From Nitrospirota bacterium (GTDB taxonomy: Bacteria > Nitrospirota > Nitrospiria > SBBL01 > JAADHI01), in contig JAJDBX010000013.1 in assembly GCA_029261135.1 (NCBI GenBank), positions 431 to 64,430 of the forward strand: DNA of 64,000 nucleotides, written 5' to 3'. Made by a program: the position numbers and the translations under genes. The notes below the pieces were generated by a model that saw only the letters and a program-made list of their open reading frames with translations, had not been told where the DNA came from and did no database searches. Below, piece after piece: positions 18,035 through 27,855 of the stretch (the stretch's first letter is position 1; each line of letters opens with the position of its first letter).

Positions 18035-18705
18035 TTAACTGCAAAATTCAGAGTTGTGATCTAAATTGTTATATTTCCCCCATAATAAACCGTTTTTTTT
18101 ATTAAAGACCATTTGTTCATTGGCTTGTTTAGAAAGATCATGCGTCGGATCTACGATTGAGGACACAATTTGACTGACCACGGCAGTGACCAATGCCCCC
18201 ACCACACCGCCACCACTGTTTCCTGATCCTTGAACAACATTTTGGGATCGAGCCATAGGGTTTTTCCTGAAGTGACATGCACCAAACGTGCACGGGCTTT
18301 TATGACCGTATTTGAAGATAATACCTGAAATTTTTGGCCCCAGTCTTCGATCGTCACATAAAGCACTGCATCTGCACCAAGTATATTATGAATTTTATCA
18401 AGCGGAATATTGTGCATTTCTCCAGGGGTGGGTAAGCCATTTTCTTTAAGGAAGGCATCAATCACAGCAACGGGAAAAACGTAGTAACCGCATTCTGCAA
18501 GTGGGCGTGAAATGGTAGAGAGATAGATGTAAGAGGCATCGACCTCAAGCGATTCATTCAAGGGGGGTAAAACCAATATAGAACGAGGTCGATGGTCTCT
18601 AAAATTAGAATAATCTTGTTGTTGAACGGTCGCACATGCACTGACGGAGATAAAGAAAATCATCAGTAAAGAAAAACGCATACAATGTGATGCATGCCTC
18701 ATCAT
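18035..18705 (-). pseudogene. DUF799 (GNA1162-like) lipoprotein, frameshifted near 18255
   Basis: PRSILVLPPLNES, PLAECGYYVFPVA, GADAVLYVTI; the C-terminus (NSGGGVVGALVTAVVSQI..GLLWGKY) is in another frame. Confidence 0.8.
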
Positions 18706-19079
18706 TTATTCATCCTTTCTAGGATTCCATCGACAAATTTTTCAGACTCTGGAAATAACGATTTCTCTCTATTGAATTCCTGATGAGCTGCACTGGTATT
18801 TCCTTTTAAAAAATACATATAAGCCAAGTGGGCATGAAGCCCAGGCGCGACTCTTTTCCCTTCGGCATGTGTTTTACCAATTTCTTCTGTGAGTTTGGCA
18901 ATTTGAGTGTCTGTATCTGCCTTCCCTGGATTAATGTAGATATCATATGTAATCGCTTCATATTCGTTCCATCGATACATCGTGGGTTTGGATGAACAAG
19001 CAGCGCTTACAAAAGAAAAAAGAACCAAAGTGCTTAGAAGGAGGTTTTTTTTCAAATGCTTCTTATGCCTTAATTCCAT
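18702..19079 (-). CDS. DUF4810 lipoprotein
   Basis: Lipobox SAAC; MYRWNEYE, VAPGLHAHLAY, EKSLFPES. Confidence 0.85.
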   Translation of the reverse strand: MELRHKKHLKKNLLLSTLVLFSFVSAACSSKPTMYRWNEYEAITYDIYINPGKADTDTQIAKLTEEIGKTHAEGKRVAPGLHAHLAYMYFLKGNTSAAHQEFNREKSLFPESEKFVDGILERMNK

Positions 19080-19762
19080 TGACCTTGCTCCAGACCAAGA
19101 ACCAGTTTATTGACCGCCTCCATAATTGCGAGATTAAGCACCTTTCCGTTGAGTGTTGCGTCATATCCTGCAGTTGAACCAAAACCGATAAATTCCCGGT
19201 TACTCAAGTCATATTCTCCTGCACCTTGCGTTGAAAAAATGATTTCAGAAGTAGACACCTCGATCACATTTAAAGTGACCTTTGCATAGGCCAATTGCCT
19301 TTTTCCTGCCCCGAGAATGCCAAATAACATTCTATCTCCAGTCGTCCGTCGACCGAATTCAGTCACATCCCCTGCAATCGTCACTTGTGCTCCTTTAAGC
19401 TTTTGTGTTTCGCCACGGATGTTTGATTCTCTCTTGATTTCACGCATATTTTCCCGATCAACCAGGACGAAACGTCCAGTTTGCTGTAAGTGTGATTTCA
19501 ATGTTGTTTTGGCTTGGTTCCCAAGTTGATCTGAACCATCGGAAAAGATACCTCGCATATAAGTCGATCTATTTTGAAAACTCCCGACGACCAAGGTCTT
19601 TTTGACTCCCGTAAATGTTGTTCCTGAAGAGGTCACGACTTGTGGGGTCAGTGTCCGATGAGATTCTGTCGCACATGCACTCATTAAAAGTAAGAAGAGT
19701 GGAATAAAAAGAATTCCTTTGTGCATAAATGAACGATGGTCTGAAGTAAAAAAATCTTTCAT
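19070..19762 (-). CDS. CsgG/HfaB-family lipoprotein
   Basis: Lipobox MSAC; FQNRSTY, LGNQAKT.L.SHLQQTGRF.LVDR, GDVTEFGRR, GYDATLNGKVL. Confidence 0.88.
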   Translation of the reverse strand: MKDFFTSDHRSFMHKGILFIPLFLLLMSACATESHRTLTPQVVTSSGTTFTGVKKTLVVGSFQNRSTYMRGIFSDGSDQLGNQAKTTLKSHLQQTGRFVLVDRENMREIKRESNIRGETQKLKGAQVTIAGDVTEFGRRTTGDRMLFGILGAGKRQLAYAKVTLNVIEVSTSEIIFSTQGAGEYDLSNREFIGFGSTAGYDATLNGKVLNLAIMEAVNKLVLGLEQGQWN

Positions 19763-20227
19763 AGAATTCCTCCATGATGTTGAGGCTTTTTTTTAAAGCA
19801 TGAGTGTTTGGCGTACTTTAATTATGTAGACCTCAATTGTCCCCATTGTTTATTTAAAATCAAGAGTCTTGTTCTAGAATTTGATCCTGAGAAGATATCC
19901 GGACTGATTTAATGTTGTAAATAATTTTTACTGTCCTTTCACACAAAATCTGAGATACAGAAGAAAACAAAGACGTATTGGGTTGGCATACTATCACAAA
20001 AATGTACGATATCGGGGAAGAAATCGTCGCACAAGATCTTACTTCGCTTGATTAAAACCTGAGACTTTCCCCAACTCTATTGCTTTGGAATTGAAAGTCA
20101 TTCTTAATTCACAAGAGATAAGTGATCGATCCCTTGAAACAGGATCCCTAAATCACAATATTTCTCTGCCCTGATCTAGAACCAAAATTTAGGGACATTC
20201 AGTTCGTTCTTGTGTAAATAGAATCTT

Positions 20228-20569
20228 TTATTCGACTGCAAAATGGGCAAGACTCCCCTGCAATGCGAGGCCAATGGCCAAACCTGCGGCTCCGAGCACC
20301 ACAATGAAGGAGGTTGTCGCAATCCCCACCATGGATTCAACGCTGATCAATGACATCAGCCTCAATCCCCAAGAGGCCATATTACAGAGAAAAGGAGTTA
20401 AAATAGCGTCGACTTTCGTCTCTTCAAGCGATTTATTCATCAAGCGAAAAATGTCTTTGATTACCCATAAAACGATAAATAAAGTAAAAATGACGAGAGC
20501 CAGTTTGGGGAAATTCACCATTACAAGTTCAATCCCTTTGATCGAAATAGTTACCAAATCATTCATCAT
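20228..20569 (-). pseudogene. MscS mechanosensitive channel N-terminal fragment
   Basis: VGIATTSFIVVLGAAGLAIGLALQGSLAHFA then stop; cytoplasmic domains missing. Confidence 0.8.
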
Positions 20570-20664
20570 AACCTCCTTTACTTAAGTTCCATGATACGGT
20601 ATTGATATGAATCCACGGTCGCTTCATCTAATATCTTGGATTGACCCGAGGATATTTTCTAGTT

Positions 20665-21151
20665 TTAAGGCTGCTGAATCAGACGGAATTTTTTTAATCT
20701 GACGATCCACGAGAGTAGGGCTTTGATCTTCCGTTCGACCACTTCTGGGTCTTTGATGCCGACTAAGCGTTCCACCTTTCCTATTTTAATTTTTAATGAA
20801 ATCGTTCCAATCCCAAACAGAAAGTCAAGCGGGCCCTGCCAGATTTTGACTTCATTAATTTCTTCCAAAGGAAGTCTGAGGTTTGTTTTTCCAAAGACCC
20901 CCTGTGATTTGTAGATACTTTGACGTGTCACCTTCTAAGCAATTCTTTGGCCTAAAAATACGCCCAGTCCTGTAAACAGGGCAAACCCCAAACCATAAGA
21001 CAAGACCTGCACGTACAGAAAAAACGACACTGATAAACCACAAGAAAGTATATTCCACCCAGGATGGATGGCCAGACCAGACCAAGGGTTCATATTCTTT
21101 TTCACGATTCAATGGGCTTAATTTTTCTATTAGACCAGGAGAGTTCCACAT
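20665..21151 (-). pseudogene. Bacterial PH-domain (bPH_2-like) membrane protein, frameshifted
   Basis: PLVWSGHPSW + TM in one frame; VTRQSIY..G.FG...LPLEEI.EVKI.QGPLD.LFGIGTI..GIKDP in another. Confidence 0.65.
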
Positions 21152-21470
21152 TCTTATCTCCTATTTTGTTTCTCTTCGCGATGTCGCCCTGAAAAAAGTC
21201 ATACAACATACCCTGAAGAGTATTCGGATTAAGGCTTAAAAAGGCTTCCTTCATCCAAAGATCAACTTGGATAAGCTCGACCTCTTCAATCGAAAGCCTT
21301 AAGACTCCATCACCTCTCCAATTATTTTGTAAAGGAACCCCCGAGAATAGATTTCATCTAGACACAAAATTCTTAAGTTTATTTTAGAGAAAAGATGTTT
21401 AGAAAAACTTCAATTTTTGTCTCATAAAATATGAGGACCCCTTATTTTTTTACTCCTGATGGTGCAGCAC

Positions 21471-21504
21471 TTTTCCACAGTTTATGTGGATAAGCTGGGA
21501 ATAA
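21471..21504. promoter_or_regulatory. DnaA-box triad with DARS-like arrangement
   Basis: TTTTCCACA-N5-TGTGGATAA-N2-TGGGAATAA; additional TTTTGCACA at 21554-21562. Confidence 0.6.
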
Positions 21505-21801
21505 CTTCGCTCAATTTTTTGAAAATCCCTTGATTTATCCAGTGATTTCACTGTTTTGCACAAGAAAAAGGCAATAAAAATTACTCAATGAAATCAATAC
21601 ATTCGAGCAAGTAGGTGCACTATGCCCAAACAATAGGCCAAGCTCAGTTATTTAAACTGAAGTCAATATACTAAATGTTGTTAACACTGTTGATAGGATA
21701 CAATATATAGAAATTCATTATTCTAAAAAGGCAGGGTTCAAAATAAGTTGGCAGATGAAGGCCTTGACACATGATGCCTGACAGGTCATATTTCGACCAC
21801 C

Positions 21802-22326
21802 TTGCATAAGAGGCCCAGTTCTAAGGAGATACACTCTTTGCCAGTTCACATCAAATTTTTACTCCGCTTTCTGATATGTTCAGTTCTTTTTGTTTCGCTT
21901 GGGAATGCAGAAGAGATTGAGATTAAAGTCTCAAAAATCGCAAGCAATTTATACGTGATCGAAGAAAAACCCATTCTAATACAAACCCACAACTGTGATG
22001 CGGTGAATGACAATCAAAGCCCCTTTCTCAGGATTAATGAAAGATCAAAAAAAATCATATTCCATAAGACAGAGAGGACATGTGAGGTAAAAGCTGCCTA
22101 TAAAAGAAGTTCGGAAGGGGTCGGCAGTTATTCTGTCATCATCCACTACGATACAGAAAATTGGTATGCGATTTCGAGTACAGATTCATACATCAGAACA
22201 AAGCAATGCGCCAGCCGAACTCAAGGGGAAAAAGCCGTCTTATCTTTAAGCGGAACGGGGTTCGGGACTTTACATATTCATGATTTAGAATGTTGGGTGG
22301 AAGGGGTTTACACACAAATAGAATAA
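21802..22326 (+). CDS. Exported hypothetical protein with two internal Cys-containing half repeats
   Basis: Hydrophobic signal (LICSVLFVSLGNA); NLY...IQTHNC...CEVKAAY / NWY...IRTKQC...CWVEGVY; start uncertain. Confidence 0.6.
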   Translation: MHKRPSSKEIHSLPVHIKFLLRFLICSVLFVSLGNAEEIEIKVSKIASNLYVIEEKPILIQTHNCDAVNDNQSPFLRINERSKKIIFHKTERTCEVKAAYKRSSEGVGSYSVIIHYDTENWYAISSTDSYIRTKQCASRTQGEKAVLSLSGTGFGTLHIHDLECWVEGVYTQIE

Positions 22327-22475
22327 GCTGAATCCGATGAAAAAGTCTGAGACAGGCCTTGGACAGGACTTTCTAGAGAACTCTCCCTCGACTTTGCGGG
22401 ATCTCCGGCCCTGAAGCAAGATCTAGGCAATCTAAAAACGGAGACGATAATATAAAAAGACCCCAGCCCAATTTA

Positions 22476-23381
22476 TTAAGATGCTTTCTTGCTCTGAATA
22501 AACTTTATATTCTCCCGAACAGCCTTCGTATTCGGGTGTTCCTTGCCTAAGCTGAGTTCAAGGATGGTAAGGGCCTTCATTTGAAAGCCAATCGCGCGGT
22601 CGATGTCTCCCTTGGCCCGCCAGGCCTCACCGAGATTACTGTAACTGGTCGCGATCTTGGGATGTTGGCCTCCAAAAACCTTCAGCTTGATATTGAGGGC
22701 CTCGTTGAAGAGTTCGATGGCCCGCTCAAGCTCGCCCTTCAACACCAAGGCCAAGCCGAGATTATTGTAAGTGGTGGCAACGAGGGGGTGCTGATCTCCG
22801 AAGACCTTTAAATTGAGGGTAAGGGCTTTGTTAAAAAACCCGATGGCACGATCAAGGTCTCCCTTGGCCACCAAAGCCAAGCCGAGATTATTGTAAGTGG
22901 TGGCGACATTGGGATCTTCGTCCCCCGAGGCTTTCAGGTCAATCGCAAGCGCCAGGTTATAGAATTTGATGGCGCGATCAGAGTCGCCGAGGGCATCCCA
23001 GACTGAACCGAGATTGTTGTATCGGATGGCAACATTGGGATGTTGGTCTCCAAAAACCGCCAGGTCAATGGCAAGTGCCAGGTTATAGAATTCAATTGCC
23101 TTCTTGTAGTCGCCTTTGGCATCCCAGGTCGTAGCGAGGTTATTATACCTGATGGCAACATCAGGGTGTTGGTCTCCCAAGCCTTTTAGATCAATTGAGA
23201 GTGCTTTTCTGAAGAGTTCAGTGGCCTTGTCGTAGTCACCTCTACTATACGCCGCCTTGCCGAGACTGTTGTGAGCCCTCGCATCCCTGCTTCCAGTTTC
23301 AGACTGAAAATCAGGCGACACAACACAACCATGAGTAAAGAGAGAGATGAAGAGGGTGATGATGAGATAGGTCAACTTCAT
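22476..23381 (-). CDS. TPR lipoprotein (42-aa kinesin-light-chain-type repeats)
   Basis: Lipobox THGC; about six repeats of GDQHP.VA..YNNLG...KGD...AI.F.N.AL; 126-bp periodicity. Confidence 0.9.
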   Translation of the reverse strand: MKLTYLIITLFISLFTHGCVVSPDFQSETGSRDARAHNSLGKAAYSRGDYDKATELFRKALSIDLKGLGDQHPDVAIRYNNLATTWDAKGDYKKAIEFYNLALAIDLAVFGDQHPNVAIRYNNLGSVWDALGDSDRAIKFYNLALAIDLKASGDEDPNVATTYNNLGLALVAKGDLDRAIGFFNKALTLNLKVFGDQHPLVATTYNNLGLALVLKGELERAIELFNEALNIKLKVFGGQHPKIATSYSNLGEAWRAKGDIDRAIGFQMKALTILELSLGKEHPNTKAVRENIKFIQSKKAS

Positions 23382-23874
23382 GATATCCCTAAATGCGAAT
23401 TTTACAGGAGAAAATACGACTGTCTAATAACATTCCCTCACAGAACGGTCAATCCCTTCAGATTACAAATTCAAGTAATTTCCCTCCCCGACCCCAATTA
23501 AAACTAATTTTAGCCTTCTTTTCCAACTATTGAAGCCGCCACAAAAAGGCATAGAATAGTCACGTAAATAAGCCCAAACTGAACATTAAAAATGGAAGAA
23601 TATGCTATGGATATGATAGAAACAATATTTTACGTCATAAAATAATTCTTTTATAATTAATTAGTTATAATTTAATACTCATAGTAAAACTTAAGATTTT
23701 TAGCTCCTCCAATCGTGAGGGGTTTAAACGGAGAAAAGATTCACGACACTATTTGTAGAGTGAGTGTGCGTTGTGGAAAATTTTCGGGATTTTCTTTACA
23801 GACCTTGATATAGGAGCGACAGATACAAGACAAAGCGCTTGCATTTTTTAGAATAAAGTCCTGCAATGCAGTTG

Positions 23875-24684
23875 TCAGGAGCTGCTTGTCGTTTCCAATT
23901 TCGCTTGCCCTTTTAATCCGAGCTGGTCATCCAGATAAACCACCAGGATTGGAAGGCGAGAAACCATAAATACGATATAGAGTAAATCTATTCCCCACTT
24001 CGGAAAATTGATTACTTCAGGAAAAACCTTTGCACCCATCTCGATGAACACCGGGATGCCCCAAAAAATGACGAGAAAAGGAATAAATTCTACAAAATTT
24101 TTAAAAACAAAATTGTAGCTGGTTTTAATCGCGTTATATGGACTCAGTTCCCTGACCACAATCACAACAGGCGCCAGACTAAAGAGCGGCACCAAGATCA
24201 GATTAAAAAAAGCACCAGATAAATGTAAGACAGCGCCACTATTGAATGATTCAAGTTCCCCAGAGATATATCGCACAAAAGCCAGGGACAGATTGAGCGT
24301 GAGCCCCATGATGAACATTTGTACAAGCGCGAGTTTAAAAATGGGATAGAAATATCGCTGTGCGAGCACAAGAAACTCACTGAGATCGACATTTTGATGC
24401 AAGAGGACACTTTTGAAGGAACTCATTAAACCCGCATTAAAATAAGGCTGGATCACAAGCGCCACAAATAAACTCAAAATCGAAGTAAAAACGATTGATT
24501 CCGAGTCCGAGGTATTGCCCGAATTAAAATAAGTCGAAATAAATGTCGCACAAGAAAAAAATAAAACCGTTACACAGGCCACGAAGCGATTGGCCGCAAA
24601 CAGAGCAAGCCCCCTGACAACAAAATGGCCTAAGGTCATCATCAATACATCCTCCCCGACTGATTTAAAGTCTTTCTTATACAA
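23875..24684 (-). CDS. Multi-pass membrane hypothetical protein
   Basis: About six hydrophobic segments, LAPVVIVVRELSPYNAIKTSYNFV; start uncertain. Confidence 0.55.
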   Translation of the reverse strand: MYKKDFKSVGEDVLMMTLGHFVVRGLALFAANRFVACVTVLFFSCATFISTYFNSGNTSDSESIVFTSILSLFVALVIQPYFNAGLMSSFKSVLLHQNVDLSEFLVLAQRYFYPIFKLALVQMFIMGLTLNLSLAFVRYISGELESFNSGAVLHLSGAFFNLILVPLFSLAPVVIVVRELSPYNAIKTSYNFVFKNFVEFIPFLVIFWGIPVFIEMGAKVFPEVINFPKWGIDLLYIVFMVSRLPILVVYLDDQLGLKGQAKLETTSSS

Positions 24685-25196
24685 ATCACAAAGCCAACAG
24701 ACAAGAGATTATTTTCTCGAATCATACGGGGCACCACTCCCACTCTGCAAGAGATGACGAGGCTTTCAGGTCTCAGATCGAGTGTTGGTCATCTTGTAAG
24801 CTATTCTTAGATCCTTCACCCTGGGGGGAATCAAAGCCCAACGGTAATGAGACAGAACCCGTGTCCCACCAAGATCGACAATTCTCATCACCAGAGAAAA
24901 CACGCGGAATCAATCTCAAAAGGTCAGATCATTCAAAATGTGATGAGTGTATGGTTTTATTGTTGATGAAAAACAGCAGTATTCACACCCATAATCCACG
25001 CTATTTATTGAAAATATCGTCGGTTATTTCTAAGAGAAAAAAGAAGGGCAAATCGACGACAACAAAGTCAAAGGAATGATGCAGACCGCTTACTTCCAGA
25101 AAGTGTGATTTTTGATTCACGATCAAGAGTATAAGCTTTCAAACGCAATTCGAGGATAATGAGGCTCAGGAGAAACTAAAATGAAGCAATTGGAAG

Positions 25197-26054
25197 TAGT
25201 GTCCTAAACTATTTGGAGTTTATCTAAAGTTGCACGGGCACGATCAACTTTTGCCAATATTTCTTCAGCAGATTTGGTCCATACGAAGGGCATCGGATCA
25301 TCATGATGCTTTTCGATATAACGAAAGATATTTTTTCCCAGATCTTTCACTGAGCACACCAAAAAATCTTTCAAGCAAATTTAACCACGATGAACTGGTG
25401 GGTGTGAAGTGTAGAAATACTCTTTTTTTCCGCTTGAGCCAATTTCGAATCTTTTCATGTTTGTGGGTCGCATAGTTGTCCACAATAATATGTATGTCTT
25501 GACACGCTTCTGTTTGTTTCTCAACCTGTTTTATAAACTTCAGAAATTTTTGATGGCTGTGTTTTCGATAACATTCTCCGATCACCCGACCTCTTGCCAC
25601 TTCCAGAGCAGCAAATAAAGTGCTCGTACCGTTTCTTTTGTAGTTATGGGTCACGGTTCCACAACGACCTTTCTTCAAAGTGTTTATCATTGCTCACTTT
25701 AAACGTTTTACAGGTGGGGTTTGAACCCAAGGGATTGCCAAACACGATGAACAAAACTATGCGTGGTGTTGAGTGCTTTAGCGAGTGTCCGCGTTGACTA
25801 ATGGCTTGCATTGTCAGGCAGTCATCTTAATAATCTTCCGCATCGTAAAACCTTCCTCTGACAACAAGACTATTCGTGAATATTCTATGAGTCTAATCGA
25901 AGTTCTCCGGCTTCTAACATTTTTCTTTAACTGTTGCTTCTCTTCCAATGACAATGAAATCTTGGCTGCGACTTTCATCCCGACTCTCTCATTTATAATG
26001 GTTTTTCGGTATCATAACATCAAGCAACATAATAGTCTTTTAGTTGAGACACTA
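25197..26054 (-). mobile_element. IS630-family element, internally deleted and frameshifted
   Basis: Terminal IRs TAGTGTCCTAAACTA / TAGTTGAGACACTA; fragments MKVAAKISLS..RIVLL (ATG 25978), WSTRTLAK, THNYKRNGTSTLFAAL, DNYATHK, HFTPTSSSWLN, PFVWTKSAEEI. Confidence 0.88.
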
Positions 26055-26146
26055 CACTAGATAACCCCGGAAGTGAAAACCACAATTATTCCAACAAAGT
26101 AGTACAGACTACATTATTCCCCCGTAAAAAATATTATCTTGTCAAT

Positions 26147-26431
26147 ATGCTGACTCTAGACTTGTATATTTCCTCAGACTGTTCTTGTAGGGAATCGGCA
26201 TTAGCGATAGCCAAAAGGGTAATAAAAGAAGTGCCGGGGATTAAGCTGATACTTCGATCCGAGCAAGCGGATGAAGAGTGGGCTCAATCCCATGAGGTCA
26301 TCGTCTCCCCGACCTTTGTTTTGGAGGGAGAAATTTGTGCAATCGGTGAACCGAGCTTGGAATATCTTGTAAAGCAGTTAAGAGATCGTTTGTCGGGAGA
26401 AGGGATGAGTCAGAATTCAGACAGACCTTAG
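26147..26431 (+). CDS. Thioredoxin/glutaredoxin-fold small protein
   Basis: LDLYISSDCSC, VIVSPTFVLEG, GEP. Confidence 0.6.
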   Translation: MLTLDLYISSDCSCRESALAIAKRVIKEVPGIKLILRSEQADEEWAQSHEVIVSPTFVLEGEICAIGEPSLEYLVKQLRDRLSGEGMSQNSDRP

Positions 26432-26476
26432 TCACTTACTCGCGGGAATTTCAGAAAGAAACCTATAAAAAAGGAG

Positions 26477-27088
26477 ATGAAAGTGATGAAACGATACGTG
26501 ATTTTTATGATGCTGGGAGGAGCTTCTCTCTTGTTCGTTAACGGGTGTTCATCCATGGGAGGGAGGCCTGCGATGGGTGCTGAAGGAAAACATGCGCAAA
26601 TGAAGATGGACTCAGGCAGTTCATATCTAATGCCACCGGGCAAAGTCAAAATGATGATGCAGATGATGATGACGATGAAGCCGGATACCTTAGAGGCCGG
26701 CCATAAGCGCGGCGAGAAATTGTTTTACTCCGAAACGCTCGGGGATAATAAAAGTCGAAAAAGCTGCGGAACCTGTCACGAGGATGGGGGAACCGTGGGT
26801 GGTGCGGCCGAAATGAAGTGGAAAGGAATGGCGATGAAGGTGAATATCCCGACATTGAAGGGTGCGGCGGCCCATTTCCCCAAACCGATGGGACCGATGA
26901 AAGCCTTGGTTGATTTGGCCAGTATGAACAACATGTGCATTATGACTTTTCTGAAAGGGAGCCCCATCAACAAGAATAGCCAGGAATCAATCGACCTTGT
27001 CGCATATGTGACTTCCTTTAGTCGGGGAAAACGCTTAGAACCCGGCAAAGAGAAGATTGTGCCTCGTCCAGTTCCGGGGGCGATGTAA
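26477..27088 (+). CDS. Monoheme c-type cytochrome lipoprotein, SoxA/TsdA-like domain with Met-rich segment
   Basis: Lipobox VNGC; CGTCH; AAHFPK, NNMCI..FLKG.P...LVAYV; KMMMQMMMTM. Confidence 0.75.
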   Translation: MKVMKRYVIFMMLGGASLLFVNGCSSMGGRPAMGAEGKHAQMKMDSGSSYLMPPGKVKMMMQMMMTMKPDTLEAGHKRGEKLFYSETLGDNKSRKSCGTCHEDGGTVGGAAEMKWKGMAMKVNIPTLKGAAAHFPKPMGPMKALVDLASMNNMCIMTFLKGSPINKNSQESIDLVAYVTSFSRGKRLEPGKEKIVPRPVPGAM

Positions 27089-27089
27089 A

Positions 27090-27135
27090 AATAAAACAGG
27101 GAGGAATGCCTTTGGGTATTCCTCCCTGTTTTATT
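27090..27135 (+). terminator. Rho-independent terminator
   Basis: AATAAAACAGGGAGGAAT...ATTCCTCCCTGTTTTATT long stem. Confidence 0.88.
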
Positions 27136-27175
27136 GAAGCAAAAATTCGAGAAAGTTCATGAGAAGGAGATCACC

Positions 27176-27835
27176 ATGAGACGAAAAAATAAGCTGCGCA
27201 TTGGATTTATTTTGGGATTGGCCCTATGGGTGTGGATCTCCGGATGGGTCACGTTTCAAGGGCCGATCGAAGCCAGTTCCCAAGAGACCTCAGATGACGA
27301 ATATGCTGGAGACCCCGTGGCCGGTAAAAAGCTCATGAGGGATTTAGACTGTTATCAATGCCATGGCATCGGAAAGGAGGGAGGAGATGTTGGTCCTGAT
27401 TTAACGAATGTCAGATTGAGGCGATCCAAAGAATGGCTGTTCCAATGGCTTGAAGACCCGAGTCTCAGCCGGCCATCGACAGGCATGCCTGCCTTCGAAT
27501 GGAAGTCGTATGAAGAAATTAATAACATTATTGCCTATCTGGATACATTGAAGACGCCGGTCGATAGTGCAAAAATTCTCAAGGAAAAAGACCTTATCAA
27601 GGCCGGTGAGATGTTGGTCGAAGCCTACGACTGTAGAGCATGTCATACTATCAAGACGGGTGGATTGGATATTTATCCGAATCTAACAAAAGCCGGCGAA
27701 AAGCTTCGACCCGAATGGGATAAAAAATTTCTCAAAGATCCTTCCGCTTGGGATGTTTACGCTTTTATGCCTAACTTTCATCTTTCCGATCAGGAAATTG
27801 AAGCAATCGTCGTGTATATTATGAGCAAAAAATAA
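27176..27835 (+). CDS. Membrane-anchored diheme cytochrome c
   Basis: CYQCH and CRACH, each followed by GPDL/YPNL and MP axial Met; N-terminal TM; RBS AAGGAG. Confidence 0.88.
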   Translation: MRRKNKLRIGFILGLALWVWISGWVTFQGPIEASSQETSDDEYAGDPVAGKKLMRDLDCYQCHGIGKEGGDVGPDLTNVRLRRSKEWLFQWLEDPSLSRPSTGMPAFEWKSYEEINNIIAYLDTLKTPVDSAKILKEKDLIKAGEMLVEAYDCRACHTIKTGGLDIYPNLTKAGEKLRPEWDKKFLKDPSAWDVYAFMPNFHLSDQEIEAIVVYIMSKK

Positions 27836-27855
27836 GACTTTGTCTGGGAGGCTGT

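Noticed and set aside
19070-19762. Curli biogenesis system
   Set aside because: No curlin or CsgE/F genes; partners are DUF4810/DUF799
21310-21800. Chromosomal oriC
   Set aside because: Only about four DnaA boxes, no dnaA/dnaN/gidA context and no clear DUE repeats; a DARS-like reading fits better, though oriC is not formally excluded
26477-27835. Sox sulfur-oxidation pathway
   Set aside because: No soxB/Y/Z/X recognisable; only a SoxA-like heme domain
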